Shown piece after piece: positions 29,537 through 38,870 of a stretch of DNA of 64,000 nt. The notes below the pieces were generated by a model. That model had not been told where the DNA came from. It was given only the letters and a program-made list of their open reading frames with translations, and did not search any database. Location of the stretch: NCBI GenBank assembly GCA_020439025.1, contig JAGQTO010000083.1, positions 152-64,151 of the forward strand, read 5' to 3'. The stretch is from Mycobacterium sp. GTDB taxonomy: Bacteria > Actinomycetota > Actinomycetes > Mycobacteriales > Mycobacteriaceae. A program made the translations under genes and the position numbers. Position 1 is the stretch's first letter; each line of letters opens with the position of its first letter.

Positions 29537-31077
29537 GCCCCCACCCGCTTGGCCGAACCGGTGATGGTGCGCCCGGCGGGGCGCCCGGGGGGCCCGGTGA
29601 TCCGCTCGGCGGCCAACCGACCGGACAACAGCGCGGTGGGCACCCCGACACCGGGCACCGTCGATCCGCCGGCCAGCACCGCGTTGTCGACGCCGCGAAC
29701 CAGGTTGGCGGGGCGGAACGGCCCGGTCTGCGGGAAGGTGTGCGCCAGGGCGAAGGGGGTGCCCGCCGTCATGCCCTGCCGGGCCCAGTCCGCCGGAGTG
29801 ACGACGTCGAGGACGTCGGCGTCGTCGAGCACGGAGGTGGCCAGTTCGGGGATCAGCCGGTCGACCGCGCAGTCGAGCACCTGCCGGGCGTAGCGGTCAC
29901 CCTGGGCGGCCCAGTTGATCTTGCCCACCTCGAGGTTCGGGCAGGGCGCCAGCACGTAGAGCAGGTCGCGGCCCGCCGGGGCGAGACTGGGGTCACCCGC
30001 GGTCGGCCTGGTGACCAGCAGCGACGGATCGCTCATCAGCACGCCCCGGTCGATGATCTCATCGAAGGTCTGCGACCACTTTCCCCCGAAGCTGATGTTG
30101 TGATGCGCCAGGGCGTCCCCGACCGCGGGGATGCCGACGTGCATGACCAGCGCCGAGGGTGCCGGGCGTAGGGCGACGGGGCGACGCGGCGTGCGGCCCA
30201 GGAGCTGGTAGGTCAGCGGCAGCTCGGTGGTGAGAACGACCGCGTCGCAGGCGATCCGGTCGCCGGAGTCGGTGCACACCGCGGTCACCCGCGAACCGGA
30301 CCGCTCCAGGCGGGTGACGCTGGAGCCGTACCGGAACTGAACACCGGCGGCGGCCGCCGCGGCGGCCAGTCCTTCGGGGACCGCCCGCATGCCCCCGCGC
30401 GGGAAATACACCCCGGCGACGGTGTCCATGTAGGCGATCACCGCGTAGGCGGCCAGCGCCTGCTGCGGCGGCACGCCCGCGTAGAGCGCCTGGAAGGTGA
30501 AGATCCGCTGCACCCGCTCGTCGGTGATAAAGCGGCCCACCATCTTCTCCCAGCCGCGGAACCCGCCCAGGGCGGCCAGCCGGGCCAGCTGGGGGGTCAG
30601 CAGCGAGAGCGGCGAGGAGAAGTTCGACCCGATGAAACCGTCGATCTCGAGGGTGTACAGCTGCGTCAGCCACTGCCGCAGCCGCTGATAGCCGGCGGCC
30701 TGCTCGGCCCCGGCAAACTCCTCGATGGCCGCGGTCATAGCCGCACCGTCGGTGTGGACGTCCAGAGAGCTGCCGTCGGCGAACGAGGCGCGGTAGGCCG
30801 GGTCCAGGAGCATCAGGTCGAGGTGGTCGGACATCGAGGCGCCGACGGCGTCGAAGGCCTCCTCGATGATGTCGGGCATGGTCAGAACGGTGGCGCCGGT
30901 GTCGATCCGGTAGCCGCGGATATCGGCCTGGCCCACCCGCCCACCCGGGAACTGGTGCCGTTCGACGACGGTGACCGACCGCCCGCGCCCGGCCAGTTGC
31001 AGGGCCGCCGACAGCCCGGAAAGACCGGCACCCACCACGACGACGTGGTCGGTACTACCTGGAACGGTTCGCATCAC
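29533..31077 (-). CDS. crtI: Phytoene desaturase
   Basis: GAGLSGL, DTGATVLTMP, HTFPQTGPFRP, GGSTVPGVGVP. Confidence 0.93.
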   Translation of the reverse strand: MMRTVPGSTDHVVVVGAGLSGLSAALQLAGRGRSVTVVERHQFPGGRVGQADIRGYRIDTGATVLTMPDIIEEAFDAVGASMSDHLDLMLLDPAYRASFADGSSLDVHTDGAAMTAAIEEFAGAEQAAGYQRLRQWLTQLYTLEIDGFIGSNFSSPLSLLTPQLARLAALGGFRGWEKMVGRFITDERVQRIFTFQALYAGVPPQQALAAYAVIAYMDTVAGVYFPRGGMRAVPEGLAAAAAAAGVQFRYGSSVTRLERSGSRVTAVCTDSGDRIACDAVVLTTELPLTYQLLGRTPRRPVALRPAPSALVMHVGIPAVGDALAHHNISFGGKWSQTFDEIIDRGVLMSDPSLLVTRPTAGDPSLAPAGRDLLYVLAPCPNLEVGKINWAAQGDRYARQVLDCAVDRLIPELATSVLDDADVLDVVTPADWARQGMTAGTPFALAHTFPQTGPFRPANLVRGVDNAVLAGGSTVPGVGVPTALLSGRLAAERITGPPGRPAGRTITGSAKRVGA

Positions 31078-31115
31078 TCAACCTATCTCTCGTGCCCAAA
31101 TCTCTTCTCTCGCCG

Positions 31116-32273
31116 TCAGGTCATCCGCAGGGTGCAGGCCGTGGCCATATCGGCCAGGGTCCGCTGCACCCACTCGTCGATCCGGTCGTCGCAGACATGC
31201 CGTTGGGCATCCGCCACCCGGCCCGCGATCAGTTCCTCGATCCACTCCGGCGCCCCGGTGGCGACGATCAACGAACGCCACCGGGCGATATCCGCGTCGT
31301 CGAGGTCGTCGGCGGCCATCAGGTCGGTGAATTGACGACGGATCGCCGGGGTCGCCATCCGCTGGGCGGCCACCACCACGCTGGTGGCCTTGCGCTCAGC
31401 GAGATCACCGCCGGCCGGCTTGCCGGTCACCGCCGGTGATCCGAACACCCCGAGGACGTCATCACGCATCTGGAAGGCCTCGCCGACGGCGCTGCCGTAA
31501 GCCCCGAGAGCGCCGATCAGATCATCGCGACCGGCCATCGCGGCACCGATCTCCAGGGGGCGCCGGACCGTGTAGTTACCCGACTTGCGCCGGGCCACGT
31601 CGAGCACCGCATCCAGGGTGGGCAGCGCCCCGGCGTCGTTGGCGACATCGGCGCACTGTCCGACGGCCAGTTCGATCCGCATGGCGTCGTAGTGCGGCCA
31701 GGCCCGGGCCAGCGCTTCGGCGGGCACCCCGCTATCGCGCATCATTTGCTCGGCCCAGACCAGACACAGGTCGGAGAGCAGGATCGCCAGCGAGACGCCG
31801 AAGCGCTCCGGCGAACCGGACAATCCGTTATCGCGATGCCACTGATCGAAGCGCACGTGCGCCGCGGGCCGCCCGCGCCGCAGCGGGGAGTCGTCCATGA
31901 CGTCGTCCTGCAGCAGTGCGAACGCGTGCAGCAACTCCAGCCCCGCTGAGGCCCGGAGGGCGGCGGCATCGTCGGCATTACCGTCCAGGTGCGTCCCGTC
32001 GGTCTTCCGACCGCACAGCCAGCCCAGGTACATGAAGGTTGACCGCAGGCACTTGCCGCCGTCGAGAAGCCCGGTCAGCACGTCGCCGGTTACCTCGACC
32101 CCGGTGCGGGACAGTTGCGGCAGGCAACGATTCTCGACGAATTCGGCGACATGGCCCAGTGCCTGTTGGCGCACCCCAGTCCGCCAGAACTCGAACTCGG
32201 GCCCGGGCGCCGCGGCCGCCAGGCCGACCGGACTGGTTCCACCACAGACCGGCGAAGTGTTAACCGCGCGCAA
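31116..32273 (-). CDS. crtE: Geranylgeranyl pyrophosphate synthase
   Basis: GGKCLR, LLQDDVMDDSPLRRG, KSGNYT, AFQMRDD; probable TTG start 32273 after aggag (alternative ATG 32318). Confidence 0.88.
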   Translation of the reverse strand: MRAVNTSPVCGGTSPVGLAAAAPGPEFEFWRTGVRQQALGHVAEFVENRCLPQLSRTGVEVTGDVLTGLLDGGKCLRSTFMYLGWLCGRKTDGTHLDGNADDAAALRASAGLELLHAFALLQDDVMDDSPLRRGRPAAHVRFDQWHRDNGLSGSPERFGVSLAILLSDLCLVWAEQMMRDSGVPAEALARAWPHYDAMRIELAVGQCADVANDAGALPTLDAVLDVARRKSGNYTVRRPLEIGAAMAGRDDLIGALGAYGSAVGEAFQMRDDVLGVFGSPAVTGKPAGGDLAERKATSVVVAAQRMATPAIRRQFTDLMAADDLDDADIARWRSLIVATGAPEWIEELIAGRVADAQRHVCDDRIDEWVQRTLADMATACTLRMT

Positions 32274-32294
32274 TGACCGCTCCTGTTCCCCGGG

Positions 32295-32322
32295 ATTCCC
32301 TCGCCCTTCTCCATTCAAGACG
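32295..32322 (-). promoter_or_regulatory. Possible SigF-type promoter for the crt operon
   Basis: Minus strand GTCT-N17-GGGAAT, an imperfect match to SigF GTTT-N15-17-GGGTA; mycobacterial crt genes are known SigF targets. Confidence 0.3.
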
Positions 32323-32375
32323 ATGCGGCCGCGGCACGCCTGCCGGGATCCCCGATGGTCACTCCCGCGTAAGGA

Positions 32376-32407
32376 TTGCCAACCGACGTCACCGGCGCCG
32401 TTGGCAA
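32376..32407. terminator. Inverted repeat downstream of the DUF732 gene (terminator or operator)
   Basis: ttgccaac...gttggcaa arms with a pairable interior. Confidence 0.4.
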
Positions 32408-32429
32408 ACCCTCGGAACGAATGGCAAAG

Positions 32430-32771
32430 TCAGCGGGCTGCGTTCTGCAGGACGGCGATATTGCCTGGGCAGTAGATGCTGATGGCCGCGCCGAGGAACT
32501 GCCATGCCTGGGTCTGGGTGGTGTCCCTGGCAAGGTTGCGGGCGACGAATGCCTCAGAGGCGTAGGCGTCGGGGTCCACTCCGCGGTCCAGTCGTTTGCA
32601 GGCGATCTTGCCCAGCCACGCGTTGTAGTCGCGCTGCCCGTAGATGCCGTAGGAGTGCAACTCGTTGGCGAAGTCGATGTCGGGATCGGCGTGGGCCGGC
32701 ACGGCGGTGACGACGGCCGCGGCGGCGGCAGGGACGGCGGCGACCGTGAACAAACGCCCGAAAAACCTCAT
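32430..32771 (-). CDS. DUF732 family secreted protein
   Basis: Signal peptide PAHADP, FANELHSYGI, C...AAISIYCP. Confidence 0.82.
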   Translation of the reverse strand: MRFFGRLFTVAAVPAAAAAVVTAVPAHADPDIDFANELHSYGIYGQRDYNAWLGKIACKRLDRGVDPDAYASEAFVARNLARDTTQTQAWQFLGAAISIYCPGNIAVLQNAAR

Positions 32772-33043
32772 GGTTGCGAGTGTAGGCCGATCTGTTAAGC
32801 GAACTGATCTTCGGTCCGTGTTCGGTCCTGCTGTTCTGGCCGGCCCTCGTGGTCGCGCTCAACGCTCAACACCCCTGGTCGCGCGAACGCGCATGACCCG
32901 TCCATCGTGGCATTGCTGCGCCATCGGCTCTGGTGGCCGCAGGTGATCCGGCAACGTCCCGCCAAGCGAGCCTGGCTGTAACCGCCGGACACCATGATCG
33001 CCGGCCGCCCCGCCGTGAGCCCAACCACGCCGGTAGGCACATA

Positions 33044-33505
33044 ATGGCTGTCATGCGGAAACATGCGCGGCGGGCCGGGACGACGGCGGCGTTGACGGCG
33101 GTCCTCTGGTCTGCAATCTCGGCGGGGACGGCCGCGGCCGACGCCACCGACGACTACCCGATCCCGCACCGCATGATCATCACGACCTGCACCGCGGAGC
33201 AGATCATGGCTGCCGCGCGCGATGTGGAGCCGATCTACTACGAGCGCTACATGATCGACTACAACAACAAGTCACCTCAGATCCAGCAGGCCTCGCAGGA
33301 CTACATCCACAACTTCTACGCCAAGACCCCGGCGGAGCGCCGGGCCTGGTCGGAGGAGATGGCCACCAACATCTACTCCGATCCGCTGGTGTTCCAGTGG
33401 CCCAACCACGCCAAGCTGTTCTTCAACAACAAGGGCGTGGCGGCCAACACCACCGATATCTGCGAGCAGTACCCGGTCGGCGACATGTCGGTGTGGAACT
33501 GGTGA
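33044..33505 (+). CDS. DUF5078 family secreted protein
   Basis: Signal peptide, DDYPIPHRMIITTCTAEQ, NNKGVAANTTDIC...SVWNW. Confidence 0.75.
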   Translation: MAVMRKHARRAGTTAALTAVLWSAISAGTAAADATDDYPIPHRMIITTCTAEQIMAAARDVEPIYYERYMIDYNNKSPQIQQASQDYIHNFYAKTPAERRAWSEEMATNIYSDPLVFQWPNHAKLFFNNKGVAANTTDICEQYPVGDMSVWNW

Positions 33506-33906
33506 GCGGGGGCGTGACCGAGACGCCGCAGGTCATCAAGCGCTGGTTGCGGGTCATCGAGAGCGGTCAGACAACCGAACTCGACGAGATGCTCGCCGAG
33601 GATGCGGTGTTCTACTCCCCAGCGGTGTTCGCTCCCCAGCGCGGCCGTGCCCTGACCGCGGCCTATCTGCGTGCCGCCGAGCGGATGTTCTCCGGGACGG
33701 GTTTTCACTACGTCGAGAAGTGGTTCGGCGACAACTCCGCGGTGCTGCACTTCGCCGCCGAGGTCGACGGGCTCACCGTGGAGGGCATCGACATGATCCA
33801 CTGGAACGAGGGTGGCGAGATCACCTCGGTGAAGGTGATGATCCGGCCGTTCAAGGCCCTACAGGGCGTCATCGCCAAGATGGCCGAACTGCTCTCCGCC
33901 GGCTAG
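33502..33906 (+). CDS. SnoaL-like/NTF2 family protein
   Basis: LAEDAVFYSPAV...G, VEGIDMIHW, VMIRP. Confidence 0.8.
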   Translation: MSGGVTETPQVIKRWLRVIESGQTTELDEMLAEDAVFYSPAVFAPQRGRALTAAYLRAAERMFSGTGFHYVEKWFGDNSAVLHFAAEVDGLTVEGIDMIHWNEGGEITSVKVMIRPFKALQGVIAKMAELLSAG

Positions 33907-34124
33907 CGACCTCCGGTTCACGCGGCGGACTCTGTTTGCCGATGCGACGTTTGCCCGGACGGCGTTTGCCCGAACCAAGCTGCGCTGTGAAACGATTCGG
34001 CCACGGCTGTGGAGGATCTGTGGCGGAACTGAGTACAGTGCGGATAAGCCCGTTGCCGGGTCGCTGACGCTGCGCGTTTGCCGGATACGGTGACCCCGAA
34101 GCCCGCCACAGGCAGGAGTTTTCC

Positions 34125-36134
34125 ATGAGTTCGGCCCCACCTCATTTCACCCGGACGCCCGCGAACCGGAAAGCCGCGGCGAGCGTCGGCCGCATCGGGG
34201 GTTTGGCGGCCGTCCTCGGTGTGGGGGCCGTAGTGGCCTTCGGCACCAGCGTCGCCTGGGCCGACACTTCCGACGCCAGCGGGCCGGAATCATCGCAGCA
34301 ATCCACCGCCGGCCCCTCGAAGGCCCGGCCGGCAGCCGGCCGCGCAACTCGCGGTGCGGCCACCCGTGGCAGCGCCGCGGGAGCCGCGCGAACCGACACT
34401 TACGCCCCGACGGCCCCTCGGGCCTCGTCGTCCTACCGTCCAGCGACCGCACCCGAGGCCGCGGTGAAACTACCCGCCGGGTTGTCGGCCGCTATCGACG
34501 ATGCCTCGGCCGCCAAAAACACCGCGCCGCTGCCCGCCGCGGCGGTAACCGCTTCAGAGCCCAAGTCGGCTGCCGTGCCGACCGCCTCGGCGGCGGTGCC
34601 GGTCTCCGACCCGGTGGTGCCGGTGCCGACGGCCCAACCCGCCGCCGTCACGGCCGCGGTGGCCGACACGCTGTCGGAGCCCGTTGCCGCCGCGGCGCCG
34701 GTGGCCGTCGCCGCCCCCAAGCCCGTTGCGGCCCGGGCGATGCGGTCCACCTCGCGGTTGCTGGCCGCGGTCAGCCTGGACCCAGCGGCGGCCTCGACGA
34801 CGAGGGACTACCCCGCGGACGCCGCGGCGCTGTGGGCGCTGCTGGCCTACAGCCGAGGCCAACTCGGCCGGGTCGGCTCCCGGGCGTCGGCGGCCCCCTC
34901 CGCCGCCGTCGACGGCACGCTCACCACCACGCCGACCAACCTCGGCTCGGCCCCCCTTGGCTGGGTGACCGGCCAGAACAACAGCGCTTATCCGGGGTTC
35001 AACTGGACGCAGACCAACAACACCAAATGGGCCAACGTCTACGGCACCGACCTGGGCATCATGTGGTTCAACGGCGACAACGGGCTGACCCAGCTGGCCT
35101 TCGGCGACACTTTCAGCGGTCGCAACATGACCGGCGACTGGCGCTCCAACGTCCTGCTGCTCAGCGATGACACCCAGCTCTACGACGGCCTGAGCCTGAT
35201 CAACACCGGCCCCGCCTACCAGTTCATTCCAGCCGCGCGCAATCAGGTGTTCTTCATCGGCTCGGAGGTCACCAACATCCCGACCTCGGCGGTGTATGCC
35301 GACGCCACCAATTACGTCTCCTACATGTCGGTGAAGTCCTGGGACACCCCGGGACGCTGGACCACTAACTACTCGGCGGTCTCGGAGTACGACCCGGTGA
35401 CCGACAAGTGGGTGCTGCAGACCTCTACAGTCCGCTCGGCGGGCTGGTTCCGTTCCTCGACCCGCTACCGGGCCGGCGATCAGAACTTCCAGCAGATGGC
35501 CTACGTGCTGGAGCCGGAGAGCAAGGTCGCCCCCGGGGAGACCCGCTATATCTACGCCTTCGGCACCCCGGCAGGGCGGGCCGGCTCGGCCTTCCTTTCC
35601 CGGGTGCCCGAGGGTGCGATCACCGATCTGAGCCAGTACGACTACTGGGACGGCACCACCTGGGTACGCGACAACCCCGCCGTCGCCGCCCCGGTGATCG
35701 GCGACTCCCCCAACTCGGCCGGTTTGTTCGGCTGCATCGTCGACCTGGCCAACAACCCTAACTTCTTCGGCGGCTGGTTCGCCGGGCTGACAGGGGCCAA
35801 GACCGGCGGCAACGTCAGCGAGATGTCCATCCAGTACAACGAGTACCTGGACAAGTACGTGGTCCTCTACGGCAACGGGCTCAACAACGTCATCCTGCGC
35901 ACCGCCGACACCCCCGAGGGCCCCTGGTCGGATCCGGTCACCATCGCCACGTCGCTGCAGTACCCAGGCCTCTATGCGCCGATGATCCACCCGTTGTCGG
36001 GCACCGGTGATCTCACCGATGCCAACGGCGACCCGGATGTGACCAACCTGTACTGGAACATGTCGATCTGGTCCAACTACAACGTCGTGCTGATGCAGAC
36101 CGACCTGTCCTCGATGCAGACCACGCTGGTCTGA
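34125..36134 (+). CDS. Secreted DUF4185 protein (GH183 endo-D-arabinanase-like) with Ala/Pro-rich linker
   Basis: Signal peptide ending AWAD, low-complexity linker, GTDLGI, AFGDTF, PEGPWS, GLYAPMIHP. Confidence 0.82.
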   Translation: MSSAPPHFTRTPANRKAAASVGRIGGLAAVLGVGAVVAFGTSVAWADTSDASGPESSQQSTAGPSKARPAAGRATRGAATRGSAAGAARTDTYAPTAPRASSSYRPATAPEAAVKLPAGLSAAIDDASAAKNTAPLPAAAVTASEPKSAAVPTASAAVPVSDPVVPVPTAQPAAVTAAVADTLSEPVAAAAPVAVAAPKPVAARAMRSTSRLLAAVSLDPAAASTTRDYPADAAALWALLAYSRGQLGRVGSRASAAPSAAVDGTLTTTPTNLGSAPLGWVTGQNNSAYPGFNWTQTNNTKWANVYGTDLGIMWFNGDNGLTQLAFGDTFSGRNMTGDWRSNVLLLSDDTQLYDGLSLINTGPAYQFIPAARNQVFFIGSEVTNIPTSAVYADATNYVSYMSVKSWDTPGRWTTNYSAVSEYDPVTDKWVLQTSTVRSAGWFRSSTRYRAGDQNFQQMAYVLEPESKVAPGETRYIYAFGTPAGRAGSAFLSRVPEGAITDLSQYDYWDGTTWVRDNPAVAAPVIGDSPNSAGLFGCIVDLANNPNFFGGWFAGLTGAKTGGNVSEMSIQYNEYLDKYVVLYGNGLNNVILRTADTPEGPWSDPVTIATSLQYPGLYAPMIHPLSGTGDLTDANGDPDVTNLYWNMSIWSNYNVVLMQTDLSSMQTTLV

Positions 36135-36254
36135 GTGGGCGGTATCGGCCCCGCGGTTCGCCGCCTCGGCACTGTCGAGTACCGCCGGCGGCGGGTTCAG
36201 CGCCGGGGCCTCTACAGCCTGGTGCTGCGGGGAGTCACCGCCCCGGTCTAGCGG

Positions 36255-36941
36255 TCAGCAGTCCGCGAGAACCCGCGCGATCGCATCGTGTTCGGCCGGG
36301 GTGACCCACAGCCCGTAGGCCGCCTTGACATCGACGATGCGGGTGACGAACGTGCACCGGTAGGACTTGTTCGGCGGCAGCCAGGTGGCCGCGTCGCCAT
36401 CGCCCTTCTGCTGGTTCACCCATCCGATGGTGGCCTGCAGGTTGGCCGGATCGTTGGCGAAGTTGCGACGGGTGATCTCGTCCCACTGCTGGGCGCCCTT
36501 CTGCCAGGCGTCCGACAGCGCGACCACATGGTCGATCTGCACCTCCGCCGATGTCCCCGGGCCGCGCAGGAAGTCGACGACCGTCGCGGTGTAGGGGTCC
36601 TGAAGCACGCCGCTGAGCACCGCGCACCCGTTGGAGTCGGGCTTGATCACCACGTCGACCAGATCGCGGCGCAGGATGTCGTTTCTGGTGTCGCACCCGT
36701 TGTACCCGTAGTCCACCCCGACGTCATCGGTCCACCGCTGGCCGAACAGGTCGCGGTCGTAGCCGGTCCTGGGTGCCCGCCCCTTGACCGGCAGAGCGTC
36801 CAGGGTCGCCAGCGTGTCGGCGGGGGTTTCGGCCGGGGCGGCCGGAGCCGACAGCAGGCAGAGGATCAGGGCGAGCATCACCGGCCACCCCAAGAACCGC
36901 CGCCCCGGGGTCCGCCGTCCCAGGGTCCCCTTGCGCACCAC
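36255..36941 (-). CDS. Secreted HNH nuclease (DUF1524 family)
   Basis: GYDRDLFG, GCDTRNDILRRDL, QIDHVVAL, FANDPANL, NQQKGD, WLPPN; start uncertain (36878-36941). Confidence 0.85.
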   Translation of the reverse strand: MVRKGTLGRRTPGRRFLGWPVMLALILCLLSAPAAPAETPADTLATLDALPVKGRAPRTGYDRDLFGQRWTDDVGVDYGYNGCDTRNDILRRDLVDVVIKPDSNGCAVLSGVLQDPYTATVVDFLRGPGTSAEVQIDHVVALSDAWQKGAQQWDEITRRNFANDPANLQATIGWVNQQKGDGDAATWLPPNKSYRCTFVTRIVDVKAAYGLWVTPAEHDAIARVLADC

Positions 36942-36977
36942 CTGACGGTACTCCCGGGGCGGGCGTAAGTTGGCCCC

Positions 36978-38015
36978 GTGCACGTCGACGCGATGACCAT
37001 TCCACAGCCGCTGGGTCGCATCGGCGCCGTCGCCGCCGAGGTCCGCGAGGCCGGGTTCTCCGGCCTGCTGTTCACCGAGACCGGCCGCACCGCCTATCTC
37101 AACGCCGCGGTGGCATCGCAGGCTGCGCCGGGCCTGGAGCTGTCCACCGGGGTGGCGGTCGCCTTTCCGCGCAGCCCGTTCGTCACCGCCGCCACCGCGT
37201 GGGAGCTGCAGGAGGCAACCGGGGGGAGGTTCCGGCTGGGGCTGGGAACTCAGGTCCGCACCCATGTCGTACGCCGCTACGGCGTGCCCTTCGATCGGCC
37301 CGGCCCCCGGCTGCGCGACTACGTGCTGGCGGTGAAGGCCTGCTTCTCGGCGTTTCGGTCCGGCCGCCTCGACCACCACGGCGAGTTCTACGACCTTGAT
37401 TTCATCACGCCGCAGTGGAGCGCCGGCCCGATCGAGGCCCCCGACCCGAAGGTCGACATCGCGGCGGTCAATCCCTGGATGCTGAGGATGGCCGGTGAGG
37501 TGGCCGACGGTGTGCACATCCATCCGCTCGGCGAGCCGGGCTACCTGCGACGCCACGTCGTACCGAAGGTGGCCGAGGGCGCGGCCCGCGCCGGGCGTTC
37601 CCCGGCCGAGGTCGACGTCATCGTCCCGGTGCTGACCATCACCGGTGACACCGACGCGGAGCGGGACGCCGAACGTGAGTTGGTGCGGGCGTCCATGAGC
37701 TTCTACGGTTCCACGCCGAACTACGCGTTCATCTTCGACGAGGCCGGTTTCGAGGGCACCACCGCCCGGATCCGGGAGAAGCAGAAGGCCGGGGACTTCG
37801 CCGGCATGGCCGCCGAGATCACCGACGAGCACCTCGCCGCGTTCGCCACCGAGTCCACCTGGGACGGCCTGGCCGACGCCCTTACCGCCAGATACGGCGG
37901 GATCGCCTCCCGCATCGTGGTCTACAACGCGCTCACCGGGCCGGAGCGTTTGCAGCGCTACGGCGAGGTCGCCCGGCAGCTGCGCTCTCTTCGCGGCTCT
38001 CTTCGCGCCGACTGA
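36978..38015 (+). CDS. F420-dependent LLM-class oxidoreductase (TIGR03617-like)
   Basis: GVAVAFPRSPF, GRFRLGLGTQV, AGEVADGVHIHP, SFYGSTPNY. Confidence 0.85.
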   Translation: MHVDAMTIPQPLGRIGAVAAEVREAGFSGLLFTETGRTAYLNAAVASQAAPGLELSTGVAVAFPRSPFVTAATAWELQEATGGRFRLGLGTQVRTHVVRRYGVPFDRPGPRLRDYVLAVKACFSAFRSGRLDHHGEFYDLDFITPQWSAGPIEAPDPKVDIAAVNPWMLRMAGEVADGVHIHPLGEPGYLRRHVVPKVAEGAARAGRSPAEVDVIVPVLTITGDTDAERDAERELVRASMSFYGSTPNYAFIFDEAGFEGTTARIREKQKAGDFAGMAAEITDEHLAAFATESTWDGLADALTARYGGIASRIVVYNALTGPERLQRYGEVARQLRSLRGSLRAD

Positions 38016-38093
38016 GGAACCACGCAGACGTCCACTCGCACAACGTCTGCAAGGCTCCTCACTCGACGGGGGTTCGGTGTTAGGGTCCGGCCC

Positions 38094-38861
38094 ATGGCGG
38101 GTCTGACCGGACTTCTCGCGCAGGACTGCATCGCCCTGGACGTGCCGGCGGCAACCTGGGAGGAGGCCGTTCTCGCAGCGGGCGGACTGCTCGAGCGGGC
38201 CGGCATCGCCGGTCCGGCCTACACCGGGTCGATGATCGACAACGTCGAGACCAACGGCCCCTACATCGTGGTGGCACCGGGATTCGCCTTCGCGCACGCC
38301 CGGCCGAGCGAGGCCGTGCACCGCACCGGAATGTCCTGGGTACGGCTGGCCCGGCCGGTTGCCTTCGGCCACAAAACCAACGACCCGGTCTCGCTGGTGG
38401 TCGCGCTGGCCGCCACCGACGACGGCGCGCACGCCACGGCGATGGCCGAGCTGGCGAAGGTGGTCGGCAACCCCGACAAACGGGCAGCCCTGGATGCCGC
38501 CGCCCGGCCCGCCGACGTGCTGGGGATCCTCGGCGGCACTCCGGCGACGGCCCAGTCCGCCGCCCCGGCGAAGACCACCAATCTGATCCTCACCGTGTGC
38601 GGCAACGGCCTCGGCACCAGCCTGTTTCTCAAGAACACCCTCGAGCAGGTTCTCGGCACCTGGGGCTGGGCACCATTCATCACCGTCGAGGCCACCGACA
38701 CCATCTCGGCCAAGGGCCGCGCCAAGGAGGCCGACCTGATCATGACCTCCGGCGAGATTGCCAAGACCCTCGGCGATGTCGGGGTGCCGGTGAAGGTCAT
38801 CGAGAACTTCACCTCGACCCGCGAGATCGACGCCGCGCTGCGCGATTCCTACGACGTCTAG
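38094..38861 (+). CDS. PTS EIIA-EIIB fusion protein (ascorbate family)
   Basis: IIA GPYIVVAPGFAFAHARP (phospho-His) plus IIB ILTVCGNGLGTS (phospho-Cys), joined by an Ala/Pro linker. Confidence 0.85.
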   Translation: MAGLTGLLAQDCIALDVPAATWEEAVLAAGGLLERAGIAGPAYTGSMIDNVETNGPYIVVAPGFAFAHARPSEAVHRTGMSWVRLARPVAFGHKTNDPVSLVVALAATDDGAHATAMAELAKVVGNPDKRAALDAAARPADVLGILGGTPATAQSAAPAKTTNLILTVCGNGLGTSLFLKNTLEQVLGTWGWAPFITVEATDTISAKGRAKEADLIMTSGEIAKTLGDVGVPVKVIENFTSTREIDAALRDSYDV

Positions 38862-38870
38862 GGGACATCC

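Noticed and set aside
33932-33976. Three degenerate 15-bp repeats (gtttgcc core)
   Set aside because: Too short and degenerate, no unique spacers and no cas genes; not a CRISPR array.
37984-38007. 12-bp tandem duplication gctctcttcgcg
   Set aside because: In-frame slippage at the 3' end of the LLM gene with no evident function.
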